Shown piece after piece: positions 35,511-37,573 of a DNA stretch of 37,573 bases. The stretch is from a virus (taxonomy: Duplodnaviria > Caudoviricetes): positions 1 through 37,573 of the IMG/VR virus record IMGVR_UViG_3300014876_000008. One strand, 5' to 3'. Numbering within the stretch: position 1 is the stretch's first letter; each line of letters starts with the position of its first letter. The translations under genes were made by a program, and so were the position numbers. A model generated the notes under the pieces. That model had not been told where the DNA came from and made no database searches. It was given only the letters and a program-made list of their open reading frames with translations.

Positions 35511-35725
35511 ACCTTGTTTCTCCAGTTCTCGTCTTCGGCCGCGGCCTTCCAGAACTTGTTGCGGTCAAACTTGGGGTTGTCCATTGCGAATAGGTCGGCG
35601 AGCCGGCCGATCACTTCGTGCACGCCCTCGAGTTCTGCGTATTTGCCCGCGTTGTAGTAGGTGTTAGCGGAAATTTTGATGAGGTGGGCGAATGCGGCGT
35701 AATCGCGCTTGGAGTAGGTGGTCAC
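35507..35725 (-). CDS. hypothetical protein
   Basis: SKRDY...A..I...LADLFA.DNPKFDR.KF.KA pattern of a small phage early protein. Confidence 0.7.
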   Translation of the reverse strand: MTTYSKRDYAAFAHLIKISANTYYNAGKYAELEGVHEVIGRLADLFAMDNPKFDRNKFWKAAAEDENWRNKV

Positions 35726-35937
35726 GACCACCTCCGGTCCATGATGGCGCGCTGCTTGTGTCGGAACACCGCGTCGCGTTCGTAACTCATGTGGAGTTCG
35801 TGGGGCTCGTGTGGGTCCGGGGCGTGTCGGTACTCGCGCTGTACCTCGGCACGGGAGGTTTGGAACTCGGCCGGGAGCCAGACGTTAGATGTGGGGATAT
35901 TGCCCTTTCGGCCGCGGCCGAAGATGAATGCGGTCAT
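35722..35937 (-). CDS. hypothetical protein
   Basis: ATGA-coupled start MTAFIFGRG. Confidence 0.55.
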   Translation of the reverse strand: MTAFIFGRGRKGNIPTSNVWLPAEFQTSRAEVQREYRHAPDPHEPHELHMSYERDAVFRHKQRAIMDRRWS

Positions 35938-36158
35938 ACGAGTCCTAGATCCTCGAGGGTTGGGGGTTGGGGTTTCTTTGGCGGGTACCAAACTTCTTTT
36001 ATTGCTTGTATAGCTGAAGGTATTTCGCGCGGGGGTAGGATGCCGCACAGCTCTCGCGCGTTGTTGAAGACGGCTATTGCCCCCGATGATAGGGGCAATA
36101 GCCGGATCACGTCGTCGCTGTACAGGCGACTGAGGGCCTCTTGTTCGTCCTTAGTCAT
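35934..36158 (-). CDS. hypothetical protein
   Basis: 74 aa, ends PTLEDLGLV*. Confidence 0.65.
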   Translation of the reverse strand: MTKDEQEALSRLYSDDVIRLLPLSSGAIAVFNNARELCGILPPREIPSAIQAIKEVWYPPKKPQPPTLEDLGLV

Positions 36159-36197
36159 GGGCCACCGGTGCGCCCTTGGCGCTCTCGGACATTAGGT

Positions 36198-36464
36198 CTA
36201 TTCCTTCGTGTGGACGAGAACCGCCGCGACGCATTCGAGCATTTCTTGTGCCCGATCTATCGGGTTTTCTTTCGTGCTCAAGAACTTGTCCGTGAAGTAG
36301 AGGTGTGCGATGGCAAGCATGATGATTGCTTCGCGCGGGGTTTCACAGGTGGCGCGTAGCACGGCCTCGATGAGAGGCAGGACGACCTCGGCCTTTTCGT
36401 GGAGGCCGTCAACGGGCGCGCCCATTGCTTTGGAGAGTTCGATACGCTGGTCGATTGTTAGCAT
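36198..36464 (-). CDS. hypothetical protein
   Basis: RBS GGAG; 88 aa, helical. Confidence 0.65.
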   Translation of the reverse strand: MLTIDQRIELSKAMGAPVDGLHEKAEVVLPLIEAVLRATCETPREAIIMLAIAHLYFTDKFLSTKENPIDRAQEMLECVAAVLVHTKE

Positions 36465-36512
36465 GGGGTGGTCTCCGAGGTTGTTGTTGCCTGGCGTGGC
36501 GCGCGGTGGAGC

Positions 36513-36824
36513 CTAGTCGGGGGATGGGAGGGCCTTGAGGCTGGCCTCGACCCGATCGAGGGCGACGGCCTCGCGCCCTGCGAACCCGGCCCGGCGATAA
36601 ACCTCATCCATGACCGCGCCGAGGGATGCGCCATTGACGGTCTGGTGAGTGTGGCCGTCGAAGAACTGGCACATGAGATCGACCTTAACGGTCTTTTCGC
36701 TGTCCCAGCGGCCCGGCCCCTTGATGGACAGGTCGATGGTTGCGCCCGAGCCGGCCAGTTTGGCCTCGAGCTTGTTGATCTCCATTGTGAAGATCTGGAC
36801 GACGTTGAGGAGGGCTTGTTCCAT
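36513..36824 (-). CDS. hypothetical protein
   Basis: 103 aa in the early cluster; C/G-ending codon bias. Confidence 0.65.
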   Translation of the reverse strand: MEQALLNVVQIFTMEINKLEAKLAGSGATIDLSIKGPGRWDSEKTVKVDLMCQFFDGHTHQTVNGASLGAVMDEVYRRAGFAGREAVALDRVEASLKALPSPD

Positions 36825-36827
36825 GAT

Positions 36828-37157
36828 TCAGAGTCCTAACATGTTGAGGAGTTCGTTGTCGGCGGCGGCCCGGTCCCGTTTCTCGATGCGTTTCATCCGG
36901 GCGCGTTTCTCGGCTTCGAGTTTGGCTGCCCTTTTCGCGGCCTTATCGTCTGGGCGCGGGCTGAGCGGGTAAGTGGTCGGGTAGACGAGCAGTTTCTTGA
37001 CGGGCCGCGCCCGCGCCTCTTGTGCGCGTAGGATGGTAATGAGGCGCTGTGGGTCGGTCGGGATGGGTATGAGCTGGCCGTCGGGGTAGACGATCATGAT
37101 CTGATCGTCGGCGAGCCAGATGGTGATGGCGTGGGCGGGGGTCTGCCCCCTGTTCAT
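36828..37157 (-). CDS. hypothetical protein
   Basis: RBS GGAG; basic C-terminal helix, ends ELLNMLGL*. Confidence 0.7.
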   Translation of the reverse strand: MNRGQTPAHAITIWLADDQIMIVYPDGQLIPIPTDPQRLITILRAQEARARPVKKLLVYPTTYPLSPRPDDKAAKRAAKLEAEKRARMKRIEKRDRAAADNELLNMLGL

Positions 37158-37345
37158 TTTGGGTCTCCTGCGTAGACGCGGGTGTTGCGCGCGCTAAGTT
37201 CGGCGCGGCAGGCGGTGATGATTAGCGGTAATTCGGGTGTGTCATCTTCGCCCGCTAAATTGATCATCACGTCTTGGGCCTTCTCGATGAGGGATGCGAG
37301 CATTGCGTCATCGAGAAGATATATTGGTATGGATATGTGGCGCAT
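37154..37345 (-). CDS. hypothetical protein
   Basis: RBS GGAGG; 63 aa, coupled to the next gene. Confidence 0.6.
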   Translation of the reverse strand: MRHISIPIYLLDDAMLASLIEKAQDVMINLAGEDDTPELPLIITACRAELSARNTRVYAGDPK

Positions 37346-37350
37346 GGTCT

Positions 37351-37530
37351 TTATGTGGGCCTCCCCATAAGATCGTGGTATACTGATTGCACCAATGCGC
37401 GCCAGGGCGATTCATCTGGCATCGCGTTTATGATGTCTTCCAATGCGCTGGGCGGCGCATATTCTGCGAGAAAAGCGCGTACATGGTGTCGCGCGACGTA
37501 GGTTTTGTTACGGTCGGGCGCGCTTGGCAT
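37351..37530 (-). CDS. 59-aa hypothetical protein
   Basis: RBS GGAGG; MPSAPDRNKTYVARHHVRAFL...LMGRPT*; not in the ORF track. Confidence 0.6.
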   Translation of the reverse strand: MPSAPDRNKTYVARHHVRAFLAEYAPPSALEDIINAMPDESPWRALVQSVYHDLMGRPT

Positions 37531-37555
37531 GTGGGCCTCCTGTGGTTACGCGACC

Positions 37556-37573
37556 ATTATACATGTGTATACA
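37556..37573 (-). promoter_or_regulatory. second leftward promoter (-10 box and spacer; -35 outside the window)
   Basis: Minus strand TGTATACACAT-G-TATAAT; the 11-mer is identical to the spacer at 32523-32533. Confidence 0.65.

Noticed and set aside
37353-37540. 12-nt repeat ATGTGGGCCTCC at 37353 and 37529
   Set aside because: Explained as a reused ribosome-binding sequence (GGAGGCCCACAT).
1-37573. Diversity-generating retroelement as in BPP-1
   Set aside because: No reverse transcriptase ORF and no adenine-mismatched TR/VR pair noticed in this window.
1-37573. Stop-codon reassignment or prophage context
   Set aside because: Genes are full length in the standard code, and no integrase, att site or host genes were recognised.

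Overview
The window is most of a GC-rich tailed dsDNA phage genome with podovirus-type morphogenesis genes (portal/scaffold/capsid/cement/adaptor/nozzle/ejection-protein order as in T7-supergroup and Bordetella BPP-1-like phages). It has two convergent arms meeting at ~20965. The + arm (1-20969) is structural: fibre-like genes, portal, scaffold, major capsid, cement, a tandem paralog pair, a signal-peptide-bearing fibre-like protein, three tandem tail-tubular-A-like paralogs, nozzle and ejection proteins. The - arm (20962-37573) carries replication and early genes: a DUF3987-type NTPase, two DNA methyltransferases (one ParB-fused), a family A DNA polymerase apparently split over two genes (UDG+ExoI/II; ExoIII+polymerase with an intein), an HNH-AP2 endonuclease, an SSB/Sak4/Cas4-like module, a UvrD-like helicase and many small ORFs. 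I recognised no terminase, lysin, RNA polymerase, primase or integrase. All calls are from motif reading and synteny; no database searches were run.
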